The translations under genes were made by a program, and so were the position numbers. A stretch of DNA of 64,000 nucleotides from Thiobacillus sp. (GTDB lineage Bacteria > Pseudomonadota > Gammaproteobacteria > Burkholderiales > Thiobacillaceae): positions 73,991 to 137,990 of the forward strand of contig JBGAFM010000006.1 of the NCBI GenBank assembly GCA_044227225.1, written 5' to 3'. Below are positions 7,901 through 17,808 of this stretch, piece after piece (the stretch's first letter is position 1; every line of letters starts with the position of its first letter). The notes beneath the pieces are model-generated. The model did not search any database, was not told the DNA's origin, and worked only from the letters and a program-made list of their open reading frames with translations.

Positions 7901-9232
7901 CTATTCGGCGGGACGGGGGACGGATAAATCGTGGCGGGCAGGACCCGGGCTGCGCAGTTCGAGATTGCGTGCTGCCAGCGCCAGGACCTCGGGCAGGCGG
8001 GCCACGATCCGCGCGCGGTTCTCGGTCCGCAATGCCAGCGCCGCATCGAGCCTAGCAGCGAGGGTGGCGTCCAGGCAGTCCTCGGCCTGCAGGGTGTCAT
8101 CGAGGGACAAGCCGAAGTGCTGGTACAGGCCCTCGAACTTGTCCTGATAGGTGACGGACAGGACCGGCGTGCCGGCGCCCAGCGCCGCGATGGCCAGATG
8201 CATGCGTCCGGTCAGCACCAGATCGAGTAGCCCGGCCAGATGCTTGATGCGGTCGGGGCGGCGAAGCTCGACACGGCGCACATGCGGCAATCCCGCTGCG
8301 CGGAGGCGCTGTTCGAGCAGGTGCAGTATCGACACGTCGCCGGATTCCGGCTTGAAATCGTGGGGGATGAGCAGCAGGGAGAGCGTGTGCTGCCGGGCCG
8401 CCTGGGCGAGCTGGGCCGCGATGGCTTCGACCAGTTGCGCCGTGTCGGTTCGCCGGCGTGCCGTGGCGAGCGCATGGCTGCCCAGATTGATGCCGACGGG
8501 GGTGCGTCCCGCTTCGCGCTGTACGGCAATCCAGGTCTCGGATTCCGCATCGGACGGATCGGCCGCGGCCGGCATGAGAAATGCACAGTCCGCGCTCAGA
8601 CGGGCCGGAATGCCGACCAGCCGGGTAAAGCGTGCCAGCGAGTGAGCGTCGCGCACATGGACCGATACGGCGGGGTGCAGGCGGGACAGGACGCGTACCC
8701 CGGGCCAGCGCGGACGCTGGCTGAAACTGAAGCCCAGGATGGTGGCAGGGATGCCGAGCCTGACGCTGTGATTGCAATAGGCGGCGATACGGGCCACCTG
8801 CGCAGCACCGTATTTGCCATCCAGGATATCCGCGCCCATCACGAAGAGGCCATGATGGGCACGGATCAGGCGGTCGAATGCGCGTGTGCCGCCGATACCC
8901 CGCCAGGCGGCGACCACGGGGACCTTGCCGACACCGGGTACCTCGATGGCGTGATTGCCCTGGCCGATGATGGTGAAGCGCACGTCGGCGTCGCGCGCGC
9001 GCAGCGCCTGCATGAGTCCGGCGAGCATGGCCAGGTCGCCCAGCGAGCCGGCGGGGTCGCCGATATCGGCAGGAATGATGGCGTAATGCCGGGTGCCGGG
9101 TTGAGGCTGCGTTTGCCGGCGGAGTGTGCGCAGGGTGCGCAGGGGCAGGCGGATATGCAGCGCATGGTGCGCCAGGATGGCGAGATCGATCGGCGGGCGC
9201 GCAAGCGGCAAGGGCTCAGGGGCGGACGGCAC
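7901..9232 (-). CDS. polysaccharide pyruvyl transferase family protein
   Basis: FVMGADILDGKYG and LTGRMHLAIAALGAGTPVLSVTYQDKFEGL, typical of WcaK/CsaB-type pyruvyl transferases. Start uncertain: the longest ORF starts at GTG 9265 (50-nt overlap with the GT4). GTG 9232 has an AGGAA 6-7 nt upstream. TTG 9211 is also possible. Confidence 0.7.
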   Translation of the reverse strand: MPSAPEPLPLARPPIDLAILAHHALHIRLPLRTLRTLRRQTQPQPGTRHYAIIPADIGDPAGSLGDLAMLAGLMQALRARDADVRFTIIGQGNHAIEVPGVGKVPVVAAWRGIGGTRAFDRLIRAHHGLFVMGADILDGKYGAAQVARIAAYCNHSVRLGIPATILGFSFSQRPRWPGVRVLSRLHPAVSVHVRDAHSLARFTRLVGIPARLSADCAFLMPAAADPSDAESETWIAVQREAGRTPVGINLGSHALATARRRTDTAQLVEAIAAQLAQAARQHTLSLLLIPHDFKPESGDVSILHLLEQRLRAAGLPHVRRVELRRPDRIKHLAGLLDLVLTGRMHLAIAALGAGTPVLSVTYQDKFEGLYQHFGLSLDDTLQAEDCLDATLAARLDAALALRTENRARIVARLPEVLALAARNLELRSPGPARHDLSVPRPAE

Positions 9233-10322
9233 AGAGTTTCCTGACTTCGGTGTCGAAACGGGCACGGGTGAAGCTGGACTGCAGGGCGCGGTATCCCGCC
9301 GCGGCGCTGGACGCGCAGGCCTGCGGGGCGTCCAGCCACGCTACGCAGCGCCGGGCGTAGTCCGCGTCGGTCTCCGCGACGGCCAGGCCGGCTCCCCGCA
9401 GTTCCGCCTCGAACGCGGCGGCGCAGTGCGGCGTGGTGACGCAGGCGCGGCCGTAGGCCAGGGATTCGAGGATCTTGATGTTGGTGCCGCCGCCCGACCG
9501 GATCGGTGCGATGCTGAAGGCGGCGTCACGATAGGCGGCCTCGAGGTCGTCGACGAAACCGGGAGCGCTGACGCCGTCATGCTGCGCCCAGGCACGACGC
9601 ACCGGTTCGGGGGCCGCACCGACCAGGCACAGGCGTGCGTCCGGACGGGCCGCGCGGATCAATGGCCAGCTGCGGGCGAGGAAGCGCTCGATACCCTCCC
9701 GGTTCGGGGCGTACCAGAGCGAGCCGACGAAGAGCAGGGTGGTCGAGTCGGGTGCCGCCAGCGGCCGGGGCGGCGGGGCAAAGGGAATGTTGGGCAGGAC
9801 GGCTGACCGGTGGCCGGACAGCGTGGCGGCATCGCGCTGGCTGACCAGGAAGTAGGCATCGAAACGGCCGAGCTGGCGGCGCGCGAGCCAGGCCGCGTAA
9901 GCGGATTTCAGGCGTGCGCCGAACGAAGCGATCGGGGCTGAATAGTGATACGCCCAGTCGTCGAGATCGACCACGCTGCGCAGGGTGCGGGGCAGGCGCA
10001 GCTTGCAGATCGGGTTCAGGTAGCGGCCGACGATCAGGTCGTAGCTGTCAGGAGCGACGCCTGCCTGGGCCAGCAGGCGGGAGAGCGCGGCGCTGGGGCG
10101 ATACTTGCCAAGGCCCAGCGGCCGCGTCTGCCAGTAGGCGTGGGCGCTCAGGCCGGGGGAAGGCGGCACCAGCCGGGTCGGACCGCGATCGGCTTCCAGC
10201 AGCAACACGTCGACCTCGCCCAGCGCACGCAGCGCGTCGTACAACAACGCGCTGCGCTGCTGCGCGCCCGAGCGGGGTTCGAACGGCGAGGCGGGCGTGA
10301 CGAGCAGGATGCGCGGATTCAT
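9216..10322 (-). CDS. glycosyltransferase family 4 (GT-B fold)
   Basis: ORF trimmed to [25 protein letters not shown]-terminal [21 protein letters not shown] (GT-B nucleotide-sugar-binding region). Confidence 0.8.
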   Translation of the reverse strand: MNPRILLVTPASPFEPRSGAQQRSALLYDALRALGEVDVLLLEADRGPTRLVPPSPGLSAHAYWQTRPLGLGKYRPSAALSRLLAQAGVAPDSYDLIVGRYLNPICKLRLPRTLRSVVDLDDWAYHYSAPIASFGARLKSAYAAWLARRQLGRFDAYFLVSQRDAATLSGHRSAVLPNIPFAPPPRPLAAPDSTTLLFVGSLWYAPNREGIERFLARSWPLIRAARPDARLCLVGAAPEPVRRAWAQHDGVSAPGFVDDLEAAYRDAAFSIAPIRSGGGTNIKILESLAYGRACVTTPHCAAAFEAELRGAGLAVAETDADYARRCVAWLDAPQACASSAAAGYRALQSSFTRARFDTEVRKLCAVRP

Positions 10323-10498
10323 GGGCGGGCGAATGGGACGTGAAGACCGGCTGCAGGACGGCACCGACATGGGGACGTCGCAAGGGTAACGGCTGGCGGG
10401 CCGCACGCGCAATCGTCAGTGCGTTGCGGGCGTCCGGAGGCGACGACCGCGCTTTGGTTACAATGGCGCAGTTCATAGCGCTCTCCCTTGCCTGCGTC

Positions 10499-11578
10499 AT
10501 GCAAACCCTTACCGTCGACCTCGGCGACCGCGCCTATCCCATCCACATCGGTTCCGGCCTGCTCGACCGCGCCGACCTGATCGTGCCGCATCTGGCGCAG
10601 AAACGCGTGGCGATCGTCACCAACACCACGGTGGCGCCGCTGTATCTGGAGCGGCTGACCGCAACGCTGACCGCGTCGGGCGTGACCGTGCAGCCCATCG
10701 TGCTGCCGGATGGCGAGGCCTACAAGAACTGGGAAACGCTGAACCGGATCTTCGATGCGCTGCTGGGCTGGCGCGCCGAACGCAAGACCACGTTGATCGC
10801 CCTCGGCGGCGGCGTGATCGGAGACATGACGGGCTTCGCGGCGGCGTGCTACCAGCGCGGCGTGCCCTTCATCCAGATTCCGACGACGCTGCTGTCGCAG
10901 GTCGACTCCTCGGTGGGCGGCAAGACCGGCATCAACCATCCGCTCGGCAAGAACATGATCGGTGCCTTTTATCAGCCGAAGGCGGTGCTGGCCGACACCG
11001 ACACGCTGAAGACGCTGCCGCCGCGCGAGCTCTCGGCGGGGCTTGCCGAAGTGATCAAGTACGGCCTGATCTGGGATGTCGATTTCCTCGCCTGGCTGGA
11101 GACGGACATGGACAGGCTGCGCGCGCTCGATGCGGCCGCCGTCGCCCATGCGATCTACCGTTCGTGCGAGATCAAGGCGCAGGTCGTGGCGCAGGACGAA
11201 CGCGAGGGCGGCATTCGCGCCATTCTCAACCTGGGCCACACCTTCGGTCATGCGATCGAGACCGGCATGGGCTACGGCAACTGGCTGCATGGCGAGGCAG
11301 TGGGAGCGGGCATGGTGCTCGCCGCGCAGACCTCGCAAAGGCTGGGCTGGATCACCGAAGACGATGTGACGCGGGCACGTACCCTCGTTCGCGCGGCCGG
11401 CCTGCCGGACGTGGCGCCGGACCTGGGCGTGGAGACCTGGCTCGACTACATGGGTCACGACAAGAAGGTCGAATCCGGCAAGCTGCGCTTCGTCCTGTTG
11501 AAGAAACTGGGCGAAGCGGTCGTCACCGGCGACGTGCCGAAGGACGTGCTGACCGGGGTGCTGGCGGCGCCGCGCTGA
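10499..11578 (+). CDS. aroB: 3-dehydroquinate synthase
   Basis: [58 protein letters not shown]. Confidence 0.92.
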   Translation: MQTLTVDLGDRAYPIHIGSGLLDRADLIVPHLAQKRVAIVTNTTVAPLYLERLTATLTASGVTVQPIVLPDGEAYKNWETLNRIFDALLGWRAERKTTLIALGGGVIGDMTGFAAACYQRGVPFIQIPTTLLSQVDSSVGGKTGINHPLGKNMIGAFYQPKAVLADTDTLKTLPPRELSAGLAEVIKYGLIWDVDFLAWLETDMDRLRALDAAAVAHAIYRSCEIKAQVVAQDEREGGIRAILNLGHTFGHAIETGMGYGNWLHGEAVGAGMVLAAQTSQRLGWITEDDVTRARTLVRAAGLPDVAPDLGVETWLDYMGHDKKVESGKLRFVLLKKLGEAVVTGDVPKDVLTGVLAAPR

Positions 11579-12699
11579 TGGACGGCCTCGCGCCCTACGC
11601 CGCGCACTCCGCGCAAACGCGCGGCCGCGTTCATGCCGAACCGGCGGCGGCGCCGCGTTCGGAATTCCAGCGCGACCGCGACCGCATCATCCATTCCACC
11701 GCGTTCCGCAGGCTGGAGTACAAGACCCAGGTGTTCGTGAACCACGAGGGCGACCTCTTCCGCACGCGGCTCACGCACAGCCTGGAAGTCGCGCAGATCG
11801 GCCGCACCATCGCGCGCCTGCTGAAGGTCAACGAGGATCTGGTCGAGGCCGTGGCGCTGGCGCACGATCTGGGGCACACGCCCTTCGGCCACGCCGGGCA
11901 GGATGCGCTCAACGCCTGCATGCGCGAACACGGCGGCTTCGAGCACAACCTGCAGTCGCTGCGCGTGGTCGACCTGCTGGAGGAGCGCTACGCCGAATTC
12001 GACGGCCTCAACCTCACCTTCGAGGCGCGCGAGGGCATCCTCAAGCACTGTTCGCTCGGCAACGCCGCGAAACTCGGCGAACTGGGCGAGCGCTTCCTGA
12101 ACAAGCGCCAGCCCGGCCTGGAAGCACAGGTCGCCAACCTGGCCGACGAGATCGCCTACAACAACCACGACGTCGACGACGGCCTGCGTTCCGGGCTGAT
12201 CTCCCTGGAGCAACTGGCCGAGGTGCGCATCTTTGCCCGTCACCTCGACGAAGTGCGCACGAAATATCCGCGCCTCACCGGCCGGCGCGTGGTCACCGAA
12301 ACCGTTCGCCGCATCATCAACACCCTGATCATCGACCTGGTGGAGACCACGCGCGGCAACATCGAACGCGCCGGCGTGGCCTCGCTGGACGCGGTGCGTG
12401 CCGCGCCGCCGCTCGCCGCTTTCAGCCCCGCGCTGCTGGAGGAGCATCGCGAGCTCAAACGCTTCCTGCTGCACCACCTTTACCGGCACTACCGGGTGCA
12501 GCGCATGAGCGCCAAGGCCACGCGCATCGTCACCGATCTCTTCACCGCCTTCATCGGCGACGCGCGCCTGCTGCCGCCGGAGCACCAGGCGCGCGAATCG
12601 CTGGAAGGCGCACGCGCGGTGGCCGACTACATTGCCGGCATGACCGACCGTTACGCCATGCGCGAGCACCGGCGCATCTTCGCGGTCGAGGAAATCTAG
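11578..12699 (+). CDS. dgt: dGTPase-like HD-domain triphosphohydrolase
   Basis: Start ATG overlaps the aroB stop (TGATG). [47 protein letters not shown]. Confidence 0.9.
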   Translation: MDGLAPYAAHSAQTRGRVHAEPAAAPRSEFQRDRDRIIHSTAFRRLEYKTQVFVNHEGDLFRTRLTHSLEVAQIGRTIARLLKVNEDLVEAVALAHDLGHTPFGHAGQDALNACMREHGGFEHNLQSLRVVDLLEERYAEFDGLNLTFEAREGILKHCSLGNAAKLGELGERFLNKRQPGLEAQVANLADEIAYNNHDVDDGLRSGLISLEQLAEVRIFARHLDEVRTKYPRLTGRRVVTETVRRIINTLIIDLVETTRGNIERAGVASLDAVRAAPPLAAFSPALLEEHRELKRFLLHHLYRHYRVQRMSAKATRIVTDLFTAFIGDARLLPPEHQARESLEGARAVADYIAGMTDRYAMREHRRIFAVEEI

Positions 12700-12889
12700 C
12701 CCCGGTAACGCGCGCCCCGACCCGGCCGCATCGCGCAGGGCCCGCATTCTGTAAGCATTTTGTCGATCATTGCGTACCCGATGCGGGGGGCGCAGGCCCG
12801 CGGGCCGCGTCTTTCCGTGCGATGCACGACATGTGCCTGCTGGCACGCACACTGCACTGCCAATGTATCCCCCACCCCAGGAGAATCGC

Positions 12890-13765
12890 ATGAGCGTGCT
12901 GATCGAACCCGCAGACCTGCAGACCCTGATGGCGACTGAACCGGTCGTCGTCATCGATACCCGCGACCCCGACACCTATGCCAAAGGGCACCTGCCCGGC
13001 GCGGTCAACGTGCGCGACATCTTCACCTATCTCGCCACCACCGACCCCGACGGCATCGAGGCCATGAAGGAAAGGTTTGCCGCCCTGTTCGGTGCGGCCG
13101 GCCTCTCGGGCCGGGAGACCGCGGTGCTGTACGAAGACGCGCTGAATACCGGATTCGGCCAGTCGTGCCGGGGCTATTTCATCCTCAGCTATCTCGGGTA
13201 TCCCCGGATCAGGGTGCTGGACGGCGGATACCAGGCCTGGCGCGCTGCGGGCCTGCCGCTGGATGCCGTGGCGGCAACGCCGGCGGCGGCGCAGTTCCCG
13301 GCGCTGCCGGCGGGCGATGTGCTGGTCGACAAGGACATGATGCTGGCCGCGGTGAAGGCAGGCGGTACGGCCCTGCTCGACGTGCGCGACGTCGACGAAT
13401 GGATCGGCGCGAGCTCCTCGCCCTATGGCCCGGATTTCTGTCCGCGCAAGGGGCGCATCCCGGGAGCGCGCTGGATCGAATGGTATCGCCTGATGAAACC
13501 CGGCGCCGACGGCCCCGTTTTCAAGTCGGCCGAGGAGGTGCGTGCGGAATGTCTCACCGTCGGCATCACGCCGGATACGCCGGTGATCGTCTACTGCTTC
13601 AAGGGGGCGCGCGCCTCGAACACCTACCTGATCCTGAAGGAGGCGGGCATCCGCAACGTGAAGATCTACTTCGGCTCCTGGAACGAATGGTCGCGCGATC
13701 CCGCCCTGCCGATCGAGGAGGGGTTCCCCAGGGTGGCCGTGCCGGGCTACGCACAGGCGGCCTGA
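12890..13765 (+). CDS. tandem-rhodanese sulfurtransferase (thiosulfate/3-mercaptopyruvate type)
   Basis: AGGAG 8 nt upstream of ATG 12890. Two rhodanese-like halves. Active-site loop VIVYCFKGARAS. Confidence 0.85.
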   Translation: MSVLIEPADLQTLMATEPVVVIDTRDPDTYAKGHLPGAVNVRDIFTYLATTDPDGIEAMKERFAALFGAAGLSGRETAVLYEDALNTGFGQSCRGYFILSYLGYPRIRVLDGGYQAWRAAGLPLDAVAATPAAAQFPALPAGDVLVDKDMMLAAVKAGGTALLDVRDVDEWIGASSSPYGPDFCPRKGRIPGARWIEWYRLMKPGADGPVFKSAEEVRAECLTVGITPDTPVIVYCFKGARASNTYLILKEAGIRNVKIYFGSWNEWSRDPALPIEEGFPRVAVPGYAQAA

Positions 13766-13769
13766 GCGC

Positions 13770-14432
13770 TCAGTCGCCGGGCGGCAGCGCACGCGCCACC
13801 ACCCAGCAGCTGACTTCGCAGGCGCCGGCCCGTTTCAGCGTGGCGGCCAGTTCGTCGAGACTGGTGCCGGTCGTCATCACGTCGTCGATGATGGCCACGT
13901 GCCGGTCGCGTACGCTGTCGTCGCAGGCAAACGCACCGCGTACGTTGCGCCGGCGCGCGTCGTATTTGAGCTGCATCTGCGGCGGCGTGTCGCGTACCCG
14001 GCGGCAGACGTCGAGCGCGAGCGGCAGCGTACGCAGGCGGGCGAGTTCGCGCGCAATCGCGGCGGCGTGATTGAACCCCCGTTCCCGGATGCGGGCGGGG
14101 TGCAGGGGCATCGGCGCGACGCAGTCGGGGGGCAGTGCGTCGCCCAGCGCCTGGTCGATGCAATGCGCCAGCGCCGGCGCGATGGCGAGGCGTCCGTGGT
14201 ACTTGAGCCGGGGAATCAGGCGGTCGACCGGGAAGCGGTACGCCAGCGCCGCGCACGTGCGGTCGAAGGCGGGCGGACGCCGGAGGCAGGGGCCGCACAC
14301 CTGGCCGCCGGGCGTGGGAGTGGCGCAAACGGGACATTGCGGGGCCGTGTGCCAGGGCAGGTCACGCTGGCACGCGACACAGGGGGAGCGCGGGCTGGCG
14401 CTGCCGCACAGCAGGCAGGCGGACGGCAGCAT
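13770..14432 (-). CDS. ComF family protein (phosphoribosyltransferase domain, N-terminal Cys-rich zinc finger)
   Basis: C-terminal 220 codons of ORF 13770..15122: CLLCG..CVAC..CPVC..CGPC, then HVAIIDDVMTTGTSL (PRPP-binding motif). Confidence 0.85.
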   Translation of the reverse strand: MLPSACLLCGSASPRSPCVACQRDLPWHTAPQCPVCATPTPGGQVCGPCLRRPPAFDRTCAALAYRFPVDRLIPRLKYHGRLAIAPALAHCIDQALGDALPPDCVAPMPLHPARIRERGFNHAAAIARELARLRTLPLALDVCRRVRDTPPQMQLKYDARRRNVRGAFACDDSVRDRHVAIIDDVMTTGTSLDELAATLKRAGACEVSCWVVARALPPGD

Positions 14433-14513
14433 GTGATTAAAAATTGACCTGATGTTCAATTCTGACCGGATCTGTGTTTGACAGTGGCGAGGCGAGCCCC
14501 GACAATCCGCGGC

Positions 14514-14972
14514 ATGAAAGCAAAACGTGTCATTTCCGCCGCTTCCTCCCGTTTCGCCGCGCAGATTTTCAACATCATCACCGTGGTCGCGCTGATGACT
14601 TCGCTGTCCGCGCTTACGCTCGGCAAGCTGCTGGCCAGCCACAAGATCGGTTTCCTGCCCTTCGTGCTGAGCCTGCCGCCGGTGATGATCTGGCTGGGGG
14701 CGTCCATCTTCGTCTATGCCAGCATCGCCCACCATCCCAATCCGCGTACCGCGCATTACAACAAGTGGGCAGGCTACCGGTTTTACGGCGTGATGGGCAG
14801 CCTGGTCGTCATCGGCCAGCCCATCTATGGCCTGCTCGACGGCTGGAAGGGCCTGATGCTGGTGCTGGGGCTGGCGGTGGCGATCATCGTGCCCTGGGCG
14901 CTTTACGACATTTTCAAGGCTGCGCGCGAGACGTGGCAGGACATCACCATCGAGGTTGCAATCAATGAATGA
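14514..14972 (+). CDS. hypothetical integral membrane protein (about 4 TM helices), translationally coupled to bioB
   Basis: ORF 14478..14972 trimmed to the first ATG ([12 protein letters not shown]..). Hydrophobic segments [71 protein letters not shown]. Its stop overlaps the bioB ATG (ATGAATGA). Confidence 0.55.
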   Translation: MKAKRVISAASSRFAAQIFNIITVVALMTSLSALTLGKLLASHKIGFLPFVLSLPPVMIWLGASIFVYASIAHHPNPRTAHYNKWAGYRFYGVMGSLVVIGQPIYGLLDGWKGLMLVLGLAVAIIVPWALYDIFKAARETWQDITIEVAINE

Positions 14973-15918
14973 TCTGGTACAGCCGCCCGTGCGCCGTTCG
15001 GTCGCGGAGATCGACGCGCTCTTTGCCATGCCGTTTTCCGACCTGCTGTTCCAGGCGCAGACGGCGCATCGCGCGCATTTCGATCCCAACAGGGTGCAAC
15101 TCTCGACCCTGCTGTCGATCAAGACCGGCGGCTGCTCCGAGGATTGCGGCTATTGCCCGCAGTCGGCGCGTTACGAGGCCGGCGTCGAGAACCAGGGCCT
15201 GCTCGATATCGACGACGTGCTGAAAGCCGCGAAAGCCGCGAAGGCCGCCGGCGCCTCGCGCTTCTGCATGGGGGCGGCCTGGCGCGGGCCCAAGCAGCGC
15301 GACCTCGAGCCGGTGCTCGACATGGTGCGTGCGGTGCGTGCGCTGGGGCTGGAAACCTGCGCCACCCTGGGCATGCTGAAGGACGGCCAGGCCGAGCAGC
15401 TGAAGGAAGCCGGACTCGACTACTACAACCACAACCTCGACACCGCGCCCGAGTTCTACGGCGAGATCATCACCACGCGCGAGTACCAGGACCGGCTCGA
15501 CACGCTGGAGCGCGTGCGCCACGCCGATCTGCATGTCTGCTGCGGCGGCATCGTCGGCATGGGCGAATCGCGCACCCAGCGCGCCGGTCTCATCGCGCAG
15601 TTGGCCTCGCTCGATCCTCAGCCCGAATCGGTGCCGATCAACCTGCTGGTGCAGGTCGAGGGCACGCCGCTCGCCGGCACCGAGGCGCTCGATCCGCTGG
15701 AGTTCGTGCGCACCATCGCGGTCGCGCGCATCTGCATGCCGAAGAGCTTCGTGCGCCTGTCGGCCGGGCGCCAGCAGATGAGCGACGCCGTCCAGGCGCT
15801 GTGTTTTCTCGCCGGCGCCAATTCGATCTTCTACGGCGAGAAACTGCTCACCACCGGCAACCCCGAGTGGGAACGCGATCAGGCGCTGTTCAACAAGCTG
15901 GGACTGACGCCGTTGTGA
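14965..15918 (+). CDS. bioB: biotin synthase
   Basis: [16 protein letters not shown] (radical-SAM CxxxCxxC), full-length similarity to BioB. A TTG at 14956 is an alternative start. Confidence 0.92.
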   Translation: MNDLVQPPVRRSVAEIDALFAMPFSDLLFQAQTAHRAHFDPNRVQLSTLLSIKTGGCSEDCGYCPQSARYEAGVENQGLLDIDDVLKAAKAAKAAGASRFCMGAAWRGPKQRDLEPVLDMVRAVRALGLETCATLGMLKDGQAEQLKEAGLDYYNHNLDTAPEFYGEIITTREYQDRLDTLERVRHADLHVCCGGIVGMGESRTQRAGLIAQLASLDPQPESVPINLLVQVEGTPLAGTEALDPLEFVRTIAVARICMPKSFVRLSAGRQQMSDAVQALCFLAGANSIFYGEKLLTTGNPEWERDQALFNKLGLTPL

Positions 15919-17075
15919 CCCTCCCCGCGTTGTCCCGCCTGCAGGCCGGGCTGGCGGCGCTCAGGACCGATCATCTCGAACGCCAGCGGCGCCTGCTCGA
16001 GAGCGCGCAGGGCGTGCATATCCAGATCGACGGCCAGCGCGTCGTCTCGTTCTGCAGCAACGATTACCTCGGTCTGGCTGCCGACCCGGCGCTGGTCGCG
16101 GCGGCGCACGCCGCGCTCGACACCTGCGGCGTCGGCGCGGGGGCGGCGCATCTCATCACCGGCCACCATCGCCTGCACCACGATTTCGAGACCGCGTTCG
16201 CGCGCTTCGTCGGCAAGCCCGCCGCGCTGCTGTTTTCCACCGGCTACATGGCCAATCTCGGTGCGGTGAGTGCGCTCGCCGGGCGCCGCGGCGAAGTGTT
16301 CGCGGACAAGCTCAACCATGCCTCGCTGGTCGACGCCGCGCAGCTGTCGGGCGCCACCTTCACCCGCTACCGCCATGCCGACCTGGCGCAGCTCGAGGGT
16401 CAGCTTGCGGCCAGTCGCGCACAGGACAGGCTCATCGTCACCGATCTCGTGTTCAGCATGGACGGCGATCTGGCGCCGGTCGATGCGCTGCTCGATCTGG
16501 CCGAGCGCTTCGACGCCTGGCTGTATCTCGACGATGCGCACGGCTTCGGCGTACTCGACAGCGGGCGCGGCGGCCTCACCGAACGCGCCCGCGCCAGCGA
16601 TCGCGTGATCTATCTGGCGACCCTCGGCAAGGCGGCTGGGGTGGCGGGCGCAGCAGTCGCGGCACACGAAAGTGTGATCGACTGGCTGATCCAGAAGGCG
16701 CGCCCCTACATTTACACCACGGCATCGCCGCCGCTGCTCGCTGCCTGCCTGCTTGAAAGCCTGCGCCAGATCGAGGCGGGCGACGCACGGCGCGCGCGAC
16801 TGGCCGCGCACGTCGTGCAACTGCGCGACGGCCTCGCCGGGATCAAGGCGGGGACGCTCCTCGCATCCGGGACGCCGATCCAGCCTTTCGTCGTCGGCGC
16901 CAATGCCGAGGCGATGCGCCTGTCGTCGGCCTTGCTGGCGCGCGGCCTGCTGGTGCCGGCCATCCGCACGCCGACGGTGCCGGCCGGGACGGCGCGCCTG
17001 CGCATCACGCTCTCGGCTGCGCATGGCGCGGACGACATCGCGCAACTCGTCGAGGCCCTGCGCGATGTCGTCTAG
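15915..17075 (+). CDS. bioF: 8-amino-7-oxononanoate synthase
   Basis: GTG start in a GTGA overlap with the bioB stop. [24 protein letters not shown] (PLP lysine). Confidence 0.87.
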   Translation: MTLPALSRLQAGLAALRTDHLERQRRLLESAQGVHIQIDGQRVVSFCSNDYLGLAADPALVAAAHAALDTCGVGAGAAHLITGHHRLHHDFETAFARFVGKPAALLFSTGYMANLGAVSALAGRRGEVFADKLNHASLVDAAQLSGATFTRYRHADLAQLEGQLAASRAQDRLIVTDLVFSMDGDLAPVDALLDLAERFDAWLYLDDAHGFGVLDSGRGGLTERARASDRVIYLATLGKAAGVAGAAVAAHESVIDWLIQKARPYIYTTASPPLLAACLLESLRQIEAGDARRARLAAHVVQLRDGLAGIKAGTLLASGTPIQPFVVGANAEAMRLSSALLARGLLVPAIRTPTVPAGTARLRITLSAAHGADDIAQLVEALRDVV

Positions 17076-17808
17076 GTTTGTGCTGACCCTGGTGCATGGC
17101 TGGGGCATGAACGCGCGCGTGTTCGACGCGCTCGCCGAACGGCTTGCACCGCGCTTCGACGTGCGCGTGCATGCGCTGCCGGGCCACGGCGGCCGCGCGC
17201 CGCTGGCCGCGAATACGCTTTCGACCTGGGCCGCGGACCTGCTGCAGCGGGTGCCGGCAGGCAGCGCGCTGCTGGGCTGGTCGCTGGGCGGGCAGGTGGC
17301 AATGCGGGCGGCACTCGATCAGCCGGGCAGGCTGTCGCATCTCATCCTGCTGGCGAGCACCCCGAAATTTGTCGCGGCGCCCGACTGGCCGCACGCCATG
17401 GCGATGCACGATCTGGCCGCATTCGGCGAGGCCTTGCTGGCCGATCCGCACGCCACGCTGCTGCGTTTCCTGAGCCTGCAGACGCGCGGGGCACCCGGGC
17501 AGAAGGCGCTGCTGCAGACGCTGCGCCAGAATCTGCATGCAACGCCCCTGCCGCACGCCGATGCGCTGGCAGCCGGGCTGGCGATGCTGCGCGAATCCGA
17601 CCTGCGCGGGGAACTGCCGTCGCTGCGCCTGCCCACCCTGGTCCTGCACGGGGCGCTCGATACCCTGACACCGGCCGCGGCAGGCGAGGCGCTGGCGACG
17701 GGCCTGCCCGACGCGCTGCTGCACACGCTACCGCGCGCCGCCCACGCGCCGCATCTATCGCACCCCGAAGCGGTGGCCGCGGCCGTCGGGGCCTTTCTGC
17801 ATGGATGA
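17065..17808 (+). CDS. bioH: pimeloyl-ACP methyl ester esterase (alpha/beta hydrolase)
   Basis: LTLVHGWGMNARVF..LLGWSLGG (GxSxG nucleophile elbow). Sits between bioF and bioC. 11-nt overlap with bioF. Confidence 0.8.
   Translation: MSSRFVLTLVHGWGMNARVFDALAERLAPRFDVRVHALPGHGGRAPLAANTLSTWAADLLQRVPAGSALLGWSLGGQVAMRAALDQPGRLSHLILLASTPKFVAAPDWPHAMAMHDLAAFGEALLADPHATLLRFLSLQTRGAPGQKALLQTLRQNLHATPLPHADALAAGLAMLRESDLRGELPSLRLPTLVLHGALDTLTPAAAGEALATGLPDALLHTLPRAAHAPHLSHPEAVAAAVGAFLHG

Noticed and set aside
10846-12699. 617-aa ORF suggesting an aroB-overlapping fusion protein. Likewise 15144-17075 (643 aa) across bioB/bioF and 57959-62188 (1409 aa) extending rpoB upstream.
   Set aside because: In each case the recognisable protein begins at an internal start that is stop/start-coupled or SD-preceded: dgt at 11578, bioF at 15915, rpoB at 58109. 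The 5' extensions are out-of-frame read-through of the upstream gene or intergenic region.
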